From Octopus bimaculoides (Eukaryota), in NCBI RefSeq assembly GCF_001194135.2, contig NC_068984.1, positions 63,035,345-63,099,344 of the forward strand: a stretch of 64,000 bases of DNA, given 5' to 3'. The translations under genes were made by a program, and so were the position numbers. Position 1 is the first letter of the stretch. Each line of letters opens with the position of its first letter. Shown here piece after piece: positions 52,036-64,000 of this stretch. The notes beneath the pieces were generated by a model that was given only the letters and a program-made list of their open reading frames with translations, was not told the DNA's origin and did no database searches.

Positions 52036-53025
52036 GAAATATGCTGTGCGTGAGAAGGCCCGGCAAGTCAAGTGAGACCATAATCCATGACGTTTGCCAA
52101 GGATGTAGCCAGCCCACATATGCGTACCTTTCCTTTATTGGACACTAAACTCTTCTTGCGAAGACNNNNNNNNNNNNNNNNNNNNNNNNNNNNNNNNNNN
52201 NNNNNNNNNNNNNNNNNNNNNNNNNNNNNNNNNNNNNNNNNNNNNNNNNNNNNNNNNNNNNNNNNNNNNNNNNNNNNNNNNNNNNNNNNNNNNNNNNNNN
52301 NNNNNNNNNNNNNNNNNNNNNNNNNNNNNNNNNNNNNNNNNNNNNNNNNNNNNNNNNNNNNNNNNNNNNNNNNNNNNNNNNNNNNNNNNNNNNNNNNNNN
52401 NNNNNNNNNNNNNNNNNNNNNNNNNNNNNNNNNNNNNNNNNNNNNNNNNNNNNNNNNNNNNNNNNNNNNNNNNNNNNNNNNNNNNNNNNNNNNNNNNNNN
52501 NNNNNNNNNNNNNNNNNNNNNNNNNNNNNNNNNNNNNNNNNNNNNNNNNNNNNNNNNNNNNNNNNNNNNNNNNNNNNNNNNNNNNNNNNNNNNNNNNNNN
52601 NNNNNNNNNNNNNNNNNNNNNNNNNNNNNNNNNNNNNNNNNNNNNNNNNNNNNNNNNNNNNNNNNNNNNNNNNNNNNNNNNNNNNNNNNNNNNNNNNNNN
52701 NNNNNNNNNNNNNNNNNNNNNNNNNNNNNNNNNNNNNNNNNNNNNNNNNNNNNNNNNNNNNNNNNNNNNNNNNNNNNNNNNNNNNNNNNNNNNNNNNNNN
52801 NNNNNNNNNNNNNNNNNNNNNNNNNNNNNNNNNNNNNNNNNNNNNNNNNNNNNNNNNNNNNNNNNNNNNNNNNNNNNNNNNNNNNNNNNNNNNNNNNNNN
52901 NNNNNNNNNNNNNNNNNNNNNNNNNNNNNNNNNNNNNNNNNNNNNNNNNNNNNNNNNNNNNNNNNNNNNNNNNNNNNNNNNNNNNNNNNNNNNNNNNNNN
53001 NNNNNNNNNNNNNNNNNNNNNNNNN

Positions 53026-53056
<31 letters not shown>

Positions 53057-53058
53057 TA

Positions 53059-53660
53059 CAGGGTGCACAAGATATTTGAGGACAGATTTATGTTTATAAA
53101 AAAAAAAACAGATACATAATAACAGATAATAACTTTATTTTTAAAAAAGTGTTATGAGGATGAAAATAAACCTTCTTTTCTATAATGTTATTCAATAAAG
53201 CCACCTTCAGCTTCAACAACTGCTTCTATATGAGCTCTAAATCATCTACATGCTTGAATCAAGTGGTCCTGGTTTATTTTGGATATTACTCTGAATATGG
53301 CAGCTTTCAAAGAATCTTTGGTCTTATAGGCATGTTCATTGACCTCTATCTTGACAATGTTTCACATGTAATAGTCCAATGGATTGAGATCTGGGGAATT
53401 AGGTGGACGAATGTCAGGGGTTATGTGATCATGAAGACTTTGACCCGCAGAATCTTACTGAAACACATATAGCCTTCCATTGCATACACTGTCTATCCAG
53501 GTTTAACAATTATTTTCAGGACCTCAATGTAGGCGGCAGAGTAAACTCTAAGGCCTTGTGGAAAGAAGAAAGGAGGCATCACATGTCCTTCATTGCTGAC
53601 AACTCCTAAACCCATGACAGTTGCAGGAAATTTTGTTTGCATAACACTTGGAACGGCTAA
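53059..53660 (-). mobile_element. maT/DD37D-like transposon, 3' half (degenerate transposase C-terminus and terminal repeat)
   Basis: TKFPATVMGLGVVSNEGHVMPPFFFPQGLRV...AAYIEVL, PPNSPDLNPLDYY and IEAVVEAEGGFIE* (stop at 53188-53190); end TA|CAGGGTG. Confidence 0.8.
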
Positions 53661-53699
53661 CTTTTTGATGCCTATCATCCATCACGCAATGTTGGATGC

Positions 53700-54319
53700 A
53701 GAGAATATCACACTTCAGTTAAAATAGAAGGACAACCTGGACAAAGTTTATTGCTTAACCATCCGGTAGCTTTGTACATCTGAATTACTTTGGCAACTGT
53801 GTTTATGCTAATATCTATTAGTTTGCTAATTAACTTGTATCCTAAACCATTCTTGTGCAAATTAAAAGTAATTTTCTTCAAATCTTCAGACAATTCTTTT
53901 CCTTTGGTACCATTTTACTCACAATGAAGAACATTTTCACCACAGTATACAAATCAGAATTCCTGCAGTTTCAATAACGATGACTGGTTCAAAAATTCCA
54001 GGAGAAATAATTTATTGCAATTGAAATTATCAGCAATATCTGAATTTAGTAAAAAAAAACAGAGGAAAAAATATTGAATACAGCAAATTTTCATTAGGGT
54101 GTACACATTTTTGTAACGTTTGAAAATCAATATTAGTTCATAATAATAGTTCATATCCTTGAAAATGTTTTTTACTTTGTGTTCTAAATTTGTATAATGT
54201 TTGCATGTATAATATATTTTATTCAGTTTTAAATTTCATTTGATTTCCTTTGATATTATTAGAGTAATGGCAATTTTACTGAAGTGTTTTAGGGGTGTAC
54301 ATACTTCTATGAGATACTG
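53700..54319 (-). mobile_element. Tc1 (DD34E-type, IR-DR) transposon, 5' part
   Basis: TA|CAGTATCTCATAGAAGTATGTACACCCCT terminus with inner direct repeat GGGTGTACAC near 54097; LSEDLKKITFNLHKNGLGYKLISKLIDISINTVAKVIQMYKATG is a paired-like HTH. Confidence 0.8.
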
Positions 54320-54451
54320 TATATATANNNNNNNNNNNNNNNNNNNNNNNNNNNNNNNTATATATATATATATATATATATATTGATAAGAAGGACAACA
54401 AATGAAAGAAAGAGGCCTCGATATTCTCTAAATAGAGGAATTTATCTGTAA

Positions 54452-54617
54452 AAATATGTGACATTCGGTAGCCATGATAAAACTCTGAGTTTCAGATGCT
54501 GGGGTGGGAACCCACAGCAACATCTCTTCAGTTATCCGGCCATTGAAAATTCCTGTCCCACCCCGGCATCTGAAACTTGGTGTTTTATCATGACTACCGA
54601 ATAAGTGTCACATATTT
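54452..54617. repeat. Inverted repeat: arms 54452-54509 and 54556-54617, 46-bp spacer
   Basis: AAATATGTGACATTCGGTAGCCATGATAAAAC...GTTTCAGATGCTGGGGTGGGA vs TCCCACCCCGGCATCTGAAAC...GTTTTATCATGACTACCGAAT....GTCACATATTT. Confidence 0.92.
54471..54541 (-). ncRNA. Type I hammerhead ribozyme-like motif
   Basis: GAUAA-CUGAAGA-GAUGUUG[...]CAGCAUC-U-GAAA; helix III ACUC(A)GAGU; GUU cleavage (between 54481 and 54480); UUAUC closes helix I. One extra U precedes GAAA. Confidence 0.65.
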
Positions 54618-54644
54618 ATATATGTATATATATATATATATATA

Positions 54645-54810
54645 TTCCTTTGTCTGTGTTTGTTCCCCCATCACTGCTTGACAATCAGTGTTAATGTGTT
54701 TGCATCCCCATAATGCAGCGGTTAAAAATAAGTACTGGTGTCAATTCCTTCAACTAAAATTTCAAGGTGGTGCCCCAGCAAGGCCACAGTCTAATGACTG
54801 AAACAAGTAA
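54645..54810 (+). mobile_element. SINE family A, 3' half
   Basis: GTGTTTGTTCCCCC...GGTGCCCCAGCAAGGCCACAGTCTAATGACTGAAACAAGTAAAAG. Confidence 0.8.
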
Positions 54811-56667
54811 AAGATGAAAAAAAAGATATACTCCTGTATGTATACACAAAATTGCTTATGTTTGTCTGTACTTGCTGATTAAAACTCTAGATTTTATTCT
54901 GTTGCACTACATTCTGGATCTCAGATGTTCAGAGTTGTTAACAGAATCCATGCAATGCAGTATAAAAAACAAATAAAAACAAAATATTCTTGCCTAAATT
55001 TGTATTATGGAGGTACATATTTAGTTACTACACACGCACATTCCCATATTGTTTAATATATTTCAAAAGGAAGAAAACAATTTAAAACCTCCATTTTTAT
55101 TATATTTAAATGAAACAAATATTTATTCTCAAACACAAATTTTAATTTCCAATATTATCATCGGTGGTGTTAGTAAATAAGTCTAAATATGTTATTGGCA
55201 TAGACATGCTTCATATTTGTTGTAGAAAATATTGATCATATAATTACGTTTTCCTTTTTCCTTTGATGCCTTCATATAATGGCGTCTGTAAATATTCATA
55301 TATGCACACTTAAATACAATGTCATTATCTGATAGGTTTTTTTTCTTCTCTTTCTTTCAAAGATGCCTCAATTTTATCTTTCCTCACAAAATTAAAGGCG
55401 GTTCCACTGTTCTTTAATAAAGAGTTATTGATTTTAGCATTTGATTGATTGGTTCAAAATGAAAAAGTGATTAAAATTGGTTCTATTAAAAGTGTAAATG
55501 ATTTGGATTCTTTTTGTGTACTAATAAAAAAAAAAAAAACGGCAACAACAAAAGAAAAAACACAAAAACAAAAAATGTAAACAAAGGAAAATAGTTGTAC
55601 ACATTGACTTCAGTTTTCTTTGAATTTTGTAGGTCTTTCACTACTCTAATTCTATAAATATATTTAGGTTAACTCTGCTACATTTCTTGTTTCAACAAAG
55701 AAACAAGCCTGTTTACTTGTTTAGTCCAAATTTATAGTTGCTACTAAAGAAGTGACTCACTTATGTGATATAATGAATTTAAAAAAAAACATTGTTTCAC
55801 TTAGATTATCCATATAATCAAAACTACTTCTAGGTGCATTGAAGTCTGAAAAATGCTACAAGCAAGCCACATAACTTCAGTAAAAATAGTTAATTGAAAT
55901 TTTATAAAATATATACAAAAATTTAGTTATAAGAATAGAGCTAGTCTTTAAATCAACTGAGGAAAAAAATTAACATATTTCAGTCTTATTGAACCTCTTC
56001 AGTAAAGCATAGTCTACCAAATTTGATAAGTTTAAGAGTGATCAATATGCAGACAAACAGAATGAAAGAAAAGATTTTGTTTAGAAATATCAACAATGTG
56101 GCTGAATTATATAAGATAAAGAACCTACAGAAGATATATAATTGTTAAAGAGGACAACGAATTTTAAGACAAGACAAACATCTCATGTCTTATGCATTGT
56201 TATAATTGGAAAAATTCAAAGTCTTACAGCTTTTTCTGGAATATCCCCGAGTATGGGATATTCTGTCATTGGAGACAAAGAGGGAAAATGAGAAGGGTAT
56301 AGATTAATGAAATGATGTCATAGAGGACAAGAGAAAAGGAATAAGGAGATGAATATTGTGAAAAAAGGAAGCATAAAAGTTCACCGTTCAGCTTTCCGAT
56401 CATGTATATCTAAGTCTGTAAGTCCTTAGGTGCAATCCTGTGTAAATCCATGTAGGTTAAGGTCTAATAATTTAGATATCCAGAAATAGACAGGAATGTA
56501 TCAATGTTCAATAACAGAATGGTAACGGAGGTGGCTATTAAATGGTAAAAAGAAAGAAAAATAAATAAATAGAAAGAGAGGTAGAGAGAGTAAGGGAAGA
56601 AATTAAGGAATGGCGTCAGGGATAACATGAGGTATATAAAGAATATAGTGTACAAAAATAACCAAGA

Positions 56668-56710
<43 letters not shown>

Positions 56711-58376
56711 TTGTAAAGGTTTTGTAATTAACGGGGGGGGGCAGCAATTGAATATCACCTGACGAAATACAAGGGATCCCATTATACAGGTAAACCATTG
56801 CATAATCAAATTCTTGTATATGAAGATCTATGTTGTATGGAAACATGTGTAGTGATTAAAAAATAATTGTCCAGTCACACTCCTTGTTGACTCTATCTTA
56901 TTCAATTATATATACTAAAATTAATCAAAGGACCTACCAGGTATGTCTATCTGCTGGAAAAAACAGACAAAACTGTTATTTAAATCACCGAAAATGACAA
57001 TAATAATAACTACAGAAATCAACCATCTGCAGGCAAACAGGCTGAGACATTCAATTATTTGGACTCATGTGGATTGGTTTCTAGACTGGCATTATAGCCT
57101 CACCTCCTCAGCACACGTTACCATGATGGAAAGCCCCAACCCATCACATTGAATTCTGTACTGCATTTTGTGCCAAATCATGGCAGCTACCAGTGTGAAA
57201 ATAATTTCAATACGGAGCAAATAATTCAGGAGAAAAACATTTGCGAAGATATTATTGACTCTGCTATTGTCTAGTGTAACAATTAAAAAATGATAATAAC
57301 AGAATCAATAATATAGGCGATTGCAGGTCTAAAAAAGCATTAAATAACTGAAGGATTAAAATTATAAATAGTTGAAGGGTTAAACTTAATTAAAGGACAT
57401 GCCAAGTATGTCTACCTGCTGGAAATAACAGTCAAAACTCTTATTTAAATCCCTGAAAAACATATATATAAGTACAGAGACATGCATACATTAATTTAGC
57501 GTATAAGTACAATGAAATGCTGCACAGGAGGAACAAATCTTTAGAAATAAGGTATTAGCTTAATGATTAAATAGAAACAGAAAGTGTCTTAACATTTGAG
57601 AATTAGTCTGCTATGAGATGAAAAGAGGATACAGAAGGAGTGAGAAAGAGAAATAGTCAGTGATTAGGAAGAAGAAGAAAATAAGAAAATAAATGGCTGC
57701 AAAGTTAGAAACCAGGTGGGAATGTCGTTCAGTGGGGTTAGTTAAGAAGCGAAGAAAGGGGACAGTAAGGGGAGTGGTGTATATGTGTAAGTCTGGTGCT
57801 ATGTATGTGTATAGAGATATATAAGTGTGGAAATATAGTAGCATCAATTAGTAGAAGAGTGCAATATTATTGTGTACGTGTATGCATAATCATTGGTTGG
57901 GTGGTGTGAAATCATGTGTGAACAGCGAAGAGTAGGTGTGAGTATATGGGGAAAAAAAGTATTGGTGAGGCAGATGGGATGGTAAAATTAGTGTGGAAAG
58001 TGTAACTGTTGTGTGTGTAAATTTATTAGAAAGTATTTAGGAGTGTGAAAATGTGTTTTTTTTAACAAAGCGACAAGGTTTTAGGTTAAATTTATATAAA
58101 GACTGAAAGACGTGTGAATTCTGTTAAAAGAGCAAAAGTTAAAAGAATACGTGTGTGTGTGTGGGGGGGAGGGTATGTGCGTGTGTGTATGTGTGTGTGT
58201 ATAATTAGGAATAAATTACAATTATAACGGAGAAGGTTGCAAAAACCCTTACATTTCTAGAAATAGCAGTCAAAACCACCATAAAGCTACTGTAAACACT
58301 CATATTCTATCTCTTTACAATAAAGCTGGCGGTGGGTGACATAACATAAAATTCACAACTTAAAAATAGAGGTTTA

Positions 58377-58437
58377 ATTCTCTATTGCAATTTCAAAGTT
58401 AGGAACGTAACAGTTCCATTCTTCTCTTCAGGAGAAT
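58377..58437 (-). ncRNA. Minimal type I hammerhead ribozyme (minus-strand twin)
   Basis: Exact reverse complement of 58725-58785; predicted cleavage after 58383. Confidence 0.85.
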
Positions 58438-58724
58438 ATTCCTAAAGATACAAATTGGCACAAAAAACATACCTTGAGCTTACATGTGTCCCGACTGGCA
58501 AGAGTAACATGTCATACTCTGTCTACACATACAAATTCTGAAATCCAATGTCTTGCACAGTGTTTATGAGAAAAGACTGGTAAATTGAGCCACAGTAATA
58601 CACCGGATATGAGTGAAACTCAGAATTTGAATGTGTAGATAGAGGTTGACACATTATTCTTGCCGGTCAGGACACATGTAAGCCCCAAGGTATGTTTTTT
58701 GTGTCAATTTGTATCTATAGGGAT

Positions 58725-58785
58725 ATTCTCCTGAAGAGAAGAATGGAACTGTTACGTTCCTAACTTTGAAATTGCAATAGAGAAT
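58725..58785 (+). ncRNA. Minimal type I hammerhead ribozyme (plus-strand twin)
   Basis: AUUCUC-CUGAAGA-GAAG[AAU-GGAAC(UGUUAC)GUUCC-UAA]CUUU-GAAA; palindromic helix III AUUGCAAU; AUA cleavage after 58779; GAGAAU closes a 6-bp helix I. Confidence 0.87.
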
Positions 58786-59484
58786 TAAACCTCTATTTTT
58801 AAGTTGTGAATATATGTCATGTTGCCCATTGTTACTTATTTGCCTGCACCAAGAACTCCATGTTAGGAAACGCACATTCACCTATGACAGTAAAAAAGAC
58901 CCACCACCTGCACTGCTATAACTAACATACACAGAATATGCACTCACTCTTACAGTACAAGCAACCCAGCACCAGAACAGTTTTAATTAGCCTACACAGA
59001 GTACCTCAGTACCCCAGCACAACAAAAACCAGCATGCACTGAACACCGGCACTTCCAGCTGCCAAACCCTAAACTCACCCCTACCACCAAAACACCATAG
59101 GAACCACAAAACCCCTGGTACTAACTGACCCACTGCCCTAAACAGGCACCTATATGTATCCACACAACCCACTTTTTTTCTTTGCAGTCTTCAACAAGGG
59201 TGTACTCAACATTTATTTGTTTTTTAATGATGAACATATCATGGTTTATTCTTTATATTGGAAATCTATATAGTCATCTGCGTCTGAGGAGAGCAGCTTC
59301 TTTCAAATTGATGTAATGTTTACATTGATTGATTAAATGGAGCCGCTTGAAACATTCATAATACATTGATACCTGGACATCCTTGTTACCCATTTGCATT
59401 TTACATATATATNNNNNNNNNNNNNNNNNNNNNNNNNNNNNNNNNNNNNNNNNNNNNNNNNNNNNNNNNNNNNNNNNNNNNNNN

Positions 59485-59733
59485 ATATATATAGCAGTGA
59501 AACATGGGCCTTGACTGCTGAAGACATGCATAAGCTGGCAAGGAATAAAGCCAGTATGCTCCGATGGATGAGTAATGTCAGTGTGCATACCCGACAGAGT
59601 GTAAGTATCTTGAGAGAAAAGTTGAACCTAAGAAGCATCAGTTGTGGTGTGCAAGAGAGACGATTGCACTGGTATGGACATGTGGTGAGAATGGATGAGG
59701 ATAGCTGTGTGAAAGAGTGCCACACCCTAGCGG
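59485..59733 (+). pseudogene. RTE-clade LINE ORF C-terminal fragment, second copy
   Basis: SETWALTAEDMHKLARNKASMLRWMSNVSVHTRQSVSILREKLNLRSISCGVQERRLHWYGHVVRMDEDSCVKECHTL. Confidence 0.85.
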
Positions 59734-59867
59734 GGCTATGTAGCTCCTCTGCTGCAAGGAGCTGGTTCCATTCTGGTCCTTTCTTTTATATTCTAACCAC
59801 TTGTCTGTCTTTTATCATAAAACCACAGCCTCTCTATTGTAGCTCCACTTGTTCCCTCATGCATGCA

Positions 59868-59904
<37 letters not shown>

Positions 59905-60364
59905 TCTCATACACTGTGTATACATGTGTGTATACATGTGTGTATATATATGCATGTGTGCGTGTGTTTTTGTGTTTGCACGTGTGTGTGTGTGTGTGTG
60001 TTTGTGTACTTCGACAAGGATGGGGTTTAGAACCTTGACATTTGGACTATGGTGTCCCGCATTATTACAGACCAATGAATTATCTCCCTTTACGCCTATT
60101 TTCATTTGTTAATTTCCAGTCCTTTGAGAATGATGAAATAGAATTACAAGACAAAGTATTAGGGTCAAAACAATAAAACGGTCTAAAAACCTTTGAAGAT
60201 GATGCCCTAGCATGGCCTCAACCCAATGACTGGTACTGGTCAAAGGAAAGGAAATATTACCTCCACATGACCGTAGTCGAATGAACAAAACAAGTAGAAT
60301 AAGAGTATGAAAGTATTTGACCCCTTGCACGAGTGTGTGTGTGTGTGTGTGTGTATGTGTGTGT

Positions 60365-60405
<41 letters not shown>

Positions 60406-60870
60406 GATATAAACCTAAATAAACTTGTATAATACACACATGTGTGTCTGTATAATTTTTCAATTATCACTTCTGTTCATGCTATATCAAATGGTGATTT
60501 ATCTAATAAAGATTTTCCTGATTTATCTGAGTAAATTCTGATTAAAATCATAGAGTACCATAGGAGATCTGTGCATAAGAACTGTGACTGAGATTTTTCC
60601 CTCCTCTTCAGTGAAGTTTTATCTTTCATACTTCATTACACAAGTGTTCTTAGATATACTGGTATTACTTAACCTTTCCTTTTACACACTTGACTGAAGA
60701 ATAATTTTTCCTTTACCCCTCCTTCTCCCCATACACACCACCACTTCCTACATCAAGTGTCTTGAATTACACTGATTTTCAGCCAAGTGACACTTTTACG
60801 AGCAAAGGTACTTTCAGATATTTGTAATAAAATAAAATTTCAGATTCCATTTCAGCTAATACAACAATTT

Positions 60871-61109
60871 CCTCTCTCTCTCTCTCTCTCTCTTTCTCTC
60901 TTTCTCTCTCTCTCTCTCTCCCTCTCTCTCTCTCTTCTCTCTCTCTCCCTCTCTCTCTCCCTCTCTCTCTCTCTCACTCTCTCTTTCACTCTTTCCCTGT
61001 CTCGCTGTCTCTGTCTATCTATCTGTCTGGCTAACTGGCTAGCTCTCTCTCTCTCTCTTTCTCTCCTCTCTCTCTCTCTTTTTCTCTTCCCTCGCTCTTC
61101 TCTCTATCT

Positions 61110-61144
<35 letters not shown>

Positions 61145-61190
61145 CTCTTTCTCTCCTTTTTCCCCTCTCTCTCTCACACACACACACCAC
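60871..61190. repeat. Long degenerate (CT)n polypyrimidine tract
   Basis: Directly visible. Confidence 0.95.
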
Positions 61191-61659
61191 TACTAATTTA
61201 CTAGAACCTTTTCTCTTTACTGATTTCTTTTACTGATTTGTAAACTTCCTTTTGGCCTCTCTTGTTCTCTGTCTCTCTGTCTCTGTTTCTCTGTTTTTCT
61301 ATCTCTCCCTCTGGGTTTGTGTGTGCTGTGTGCATATGTATGCGTGCCTGTGCATGCATGCGTTTGTGTGTGTGTGTGTGTGTGTGTTTGTTTCTTTCTC
61401 TTGCACCTCTTTCATTTTCTGTGTTTATTTTTACATTGCAATTAGTTAACAAAAGCATTTTTGCTTAGAGTTTTCGAGGTTAGTCACTGATGTACTTTGT
61501 TTCTTACTCAGCATATAATATATATGGTTAGATGTTTTATTTGTAAAGCACAAGATTTTCTTTTGGGGCTTTTCTTACCAGCACACATGCATACACACGA
61601 TGAACTTCAACATGGTTGAACAACTAATCCCAACCAGATGGGACTCACAGTAGGGGTTG

Positions 61660-61805
61660 TTCTATAAATCATTGATTTGGTAGAAACTCTGCCATACCAG
61701 ATTGGAGCCTGGTGTAGCCATCTGGTTTCACCAGTCCTCAGTCAGATCGTCCAACCCAGGCTAGCATGGAAAGCGGAGGTTAAACGACGACAATGATGAT
61801 AATGA
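61660..61805 (+). mobile_element. RTE-type LINE 3' tail fragment
   Basis: CAGTCCTCAGTCAGATCGTCCAACCCAGGCTAGCATGGAAAGCGGAGGTTAAACGACGACAATGATG. Confidence 0.8.
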
Positions 61806-62179
61806 ATACAAAATGTCTCTCACAAGTCCTCCAGTCAGGTGATTTTCTGAGTCTCATCCTTGTATGCCAAACTGTCACAAGATTACCCATGTACAGCTGA
61901 GTAGACTGGGGCAACATGATATGAAGTTTTTTCTGCGTAAGAACATAATGCACGGCCAGTTTGAGATTTGAAACCACAATGATAGTTGTAAATGAGTGTC
62001 ACTATGATATGAGAAGTGTCAATCATTTTCAATATTCTGCAAGAACATGTTTAGCCATGTGGTAAAGTTACATTTCATGGAGACAGGTGAAGGTTGGCAA
62101 CAGCAAGGGGATCTAGACATTGAAGATCTGCCTTAAACACATGCAGGCCATTAAAATGATACTGGTGATGACAACAATG

Positions 62180-62215
<36 letters not shown>

Positions 62216-63073
62216 NNNNNNNNNNNNNNNNNNNNNNNNNNNNNNNNNNNNNNNNNNNNNNNNNNNNNNNNNNNNNNNNNNNNNNNNNNNNNNNNNNNNN
62301 NNNNNNNNNNNNNNNNNNNNNNNNNNNNNNNNNNNNNNNNNNNNNNNNNNNNNNNNNNNNNNNNNNNNNNNNNNNNNNNNNNNNNNNNNNNNNNNNNNNN
62401 NNNNNNNNNNNNNNNNNNNNNNNNNNNNNNNNNNNNNNNNNNNNNNNNNNNNNNNNNNNNNNNNNNNNNNNNNNNNNNNNNNNNNNNNNNNNNNNNNNNN
62501 NNNNNNNNNNNNNNNNNNNNNNNNNNNNNNNNNNNNNNNNNNNNNNNNNNNNNNNNNNNNNNNNNNNNNNNNNNNNNNNNNNNNNNNNNNNNNNNNNNNN
62601 NNNNNNNNNNNNNNNNNNNNNNNNNNNNNNNNNNNNNNNNNNNNNNNNNNNNNNNNNNNNNNNNNNNNNNNNNNNNNNNNNNNNNNNNNNNNNNNNNNNN
62701 NNNNNNNNNNNNNNNNNNNNNNNNNNNNNNNNNNNNNNNNNNNNNNNNNNNNNNNNNNNNNNNNNNNNNNNNNNNNNNNNNNNNNNNNNNNNNNNNNNNN
62801 NNNNNNNNNNNNNNNNNNNNNNNNNNNNNNNNNNNNNNNNNNNNNNNNNNNNNNNNNNNNNNNNNNNNNNNNNNNNNNNNNNNNNNNNNNNNNNNNNNNN
62901 NNNNNNNNNNNNNNNNNNNNNNNNNNNNNNNNNNNNNNNNNNNNNNNNNNNNNNNNNNNNNNNNNNNNNNNNNNNNNNNNNNNNNNNNNNNNNNNNNNNN
63001 NNNNNNNNNNNNNNNNNNNNNNNNNNNNNNNNNNNNNNNNNNNNNNNNNNNNNNNNNNNNNNNNNNNNNNNNN

Positions 63074-63655
63074 TTGTATTCTGAGTTCAAATTTCCTATT
63101 TTGGGGTTGATAAAATAAACACCATTTGAGCACTGAGGTTGATGCAATTAATTTGCAGCCCTATAAAATTAATTGACCTGCACCAAAATTTGAAATCCAT
63201 ACACATATATATATTCTTTATTCTTTTACTCTTTCATTTGTTTCAGTCATTTGACTGTGGCCATACTGGAGCACTGCCTTTAGTCAAATAAATCAACCCC
63301 AGGACTTATTCTTTATAAGCTTAGTACTTATTCTATCGGTCTCTTGCCAAACTGCTAATTTAAGGAGACATAAACAGACCAGCATCAGTTGTCAAGTGAT
63401 GGTGTCGGGACAAACAGACACACAAGCATACATACACGCACGCACACACGCACACACACACGCACACACACACAAACACACACACACACACACACACAAC
63501 ACATATATACGATGGGCTTCTGTCAGTTTCTGTCGACCAAATCCACTCGCAAGGCTTTGGTTGTCCCAAGGTTATAGTAGAAGAAACCTGCCCAAGGTGC
63601 CACTCAGTGGGATTGAACCCGGAACCAAGCTACTTACCACAGAGCCACCTCTGCA
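63074..63655. mobile_element. SINE family B 3' part (+, 63074-63200) and full SINE family A (-, about 63222-63655)
   Basis: TTCTGAGTTCAAATTT...GAGCACTGAGG; CAGTCATTTGACTGTGGCCATACTGGAGCACTGCC...GGGATTGAACCCGGAACC. Confidence 0.8.
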
Positions 63656-63693
63656 CCTATGTATGTATGTATGTATGTATGTATGTATGTATG

Positions 63694-63724
<31 letters not shown>

Positions 63725-64000
63725 TAAAGTAAAGTTGTGGAATACCGTACAAGTGGAAATATATATGAAAGAAGGTTTGAAAATGCACTTATTTTTTAAA
63801 ATATTTATTTACTTAACCGGTTTCACTTTTTTAGAAAAAGATTATCAAAAGTCTTTGAGAATAATAAAAAATGTTAAAAAACAGTTTGAGTATTAAAATG
63901 CATATATACATTCTTTGATGATAAAATATATTTAAAGTATAAAGCTTTGTATGAACTTTGTAGTGTTACATACTGATTGTCACACATTCTCTGATATTAA

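Larger units (their letters stand above)
58333..58828. repeat. Near-perfect inverted repeat (arms 58333-58541 and 58620-58828, 78-bp spacer) containing twin hammerheads
   Basis: Arms are reverse complements; the 61-nt hammerhead block is identical in both. Confidence 0.96.

Noticed and set aside
55960-56015. Minus-strand CUGAAGA-GGUU(CAAUAA)GACU-GAAA
   Set aside because: Core and helix II look right, but the residue after AUAU is G and no helix I partner follows; decayed or chance.

Overview
AT-rich eukaryotic scaffold with many N gaps, very dense microsatellites and transposon debris. The SINE, RTE, Penelope and mariner content looks like a coleoid cephalopod, most likely Octopus (inferred from repeat families, not verified). 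No intact protein-coding gene is recognisable; almost all ORF-track entries are microsatellite or N-gap artefacts. Coding remnants are all transposon-derived: a Penelope-like GIY-YIG region (24.7-25.4 kb), a LINE ORF1 with a decayed CCHC knuckle (22-23.5 kb), a CR1-like endonuclease remnant (20-21.9 kb), RTE and R4/Dong 3' ends, a deleted mariner (46.4-47.3 kb) and a maT/Tc1 composite (53.1-54.3 kb). The main unexplained structure is a set of minimal type I hammerhead ribozyme motifs with (near-)palindromic helix III, each in or beside a long inverted repeat: 11.6-12.6 kb, 26.8-27.1 kb, 54.45-54.62 kb, and a twin opposite-strand pair at 58.3-58.8 kb. Further long fold-back repeats lack ribozymes. 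CpG content and SINE decay change at about 2.8 kb and 31-33 kb, which suggests methylated gene-body domains either side of an unmethylated block.
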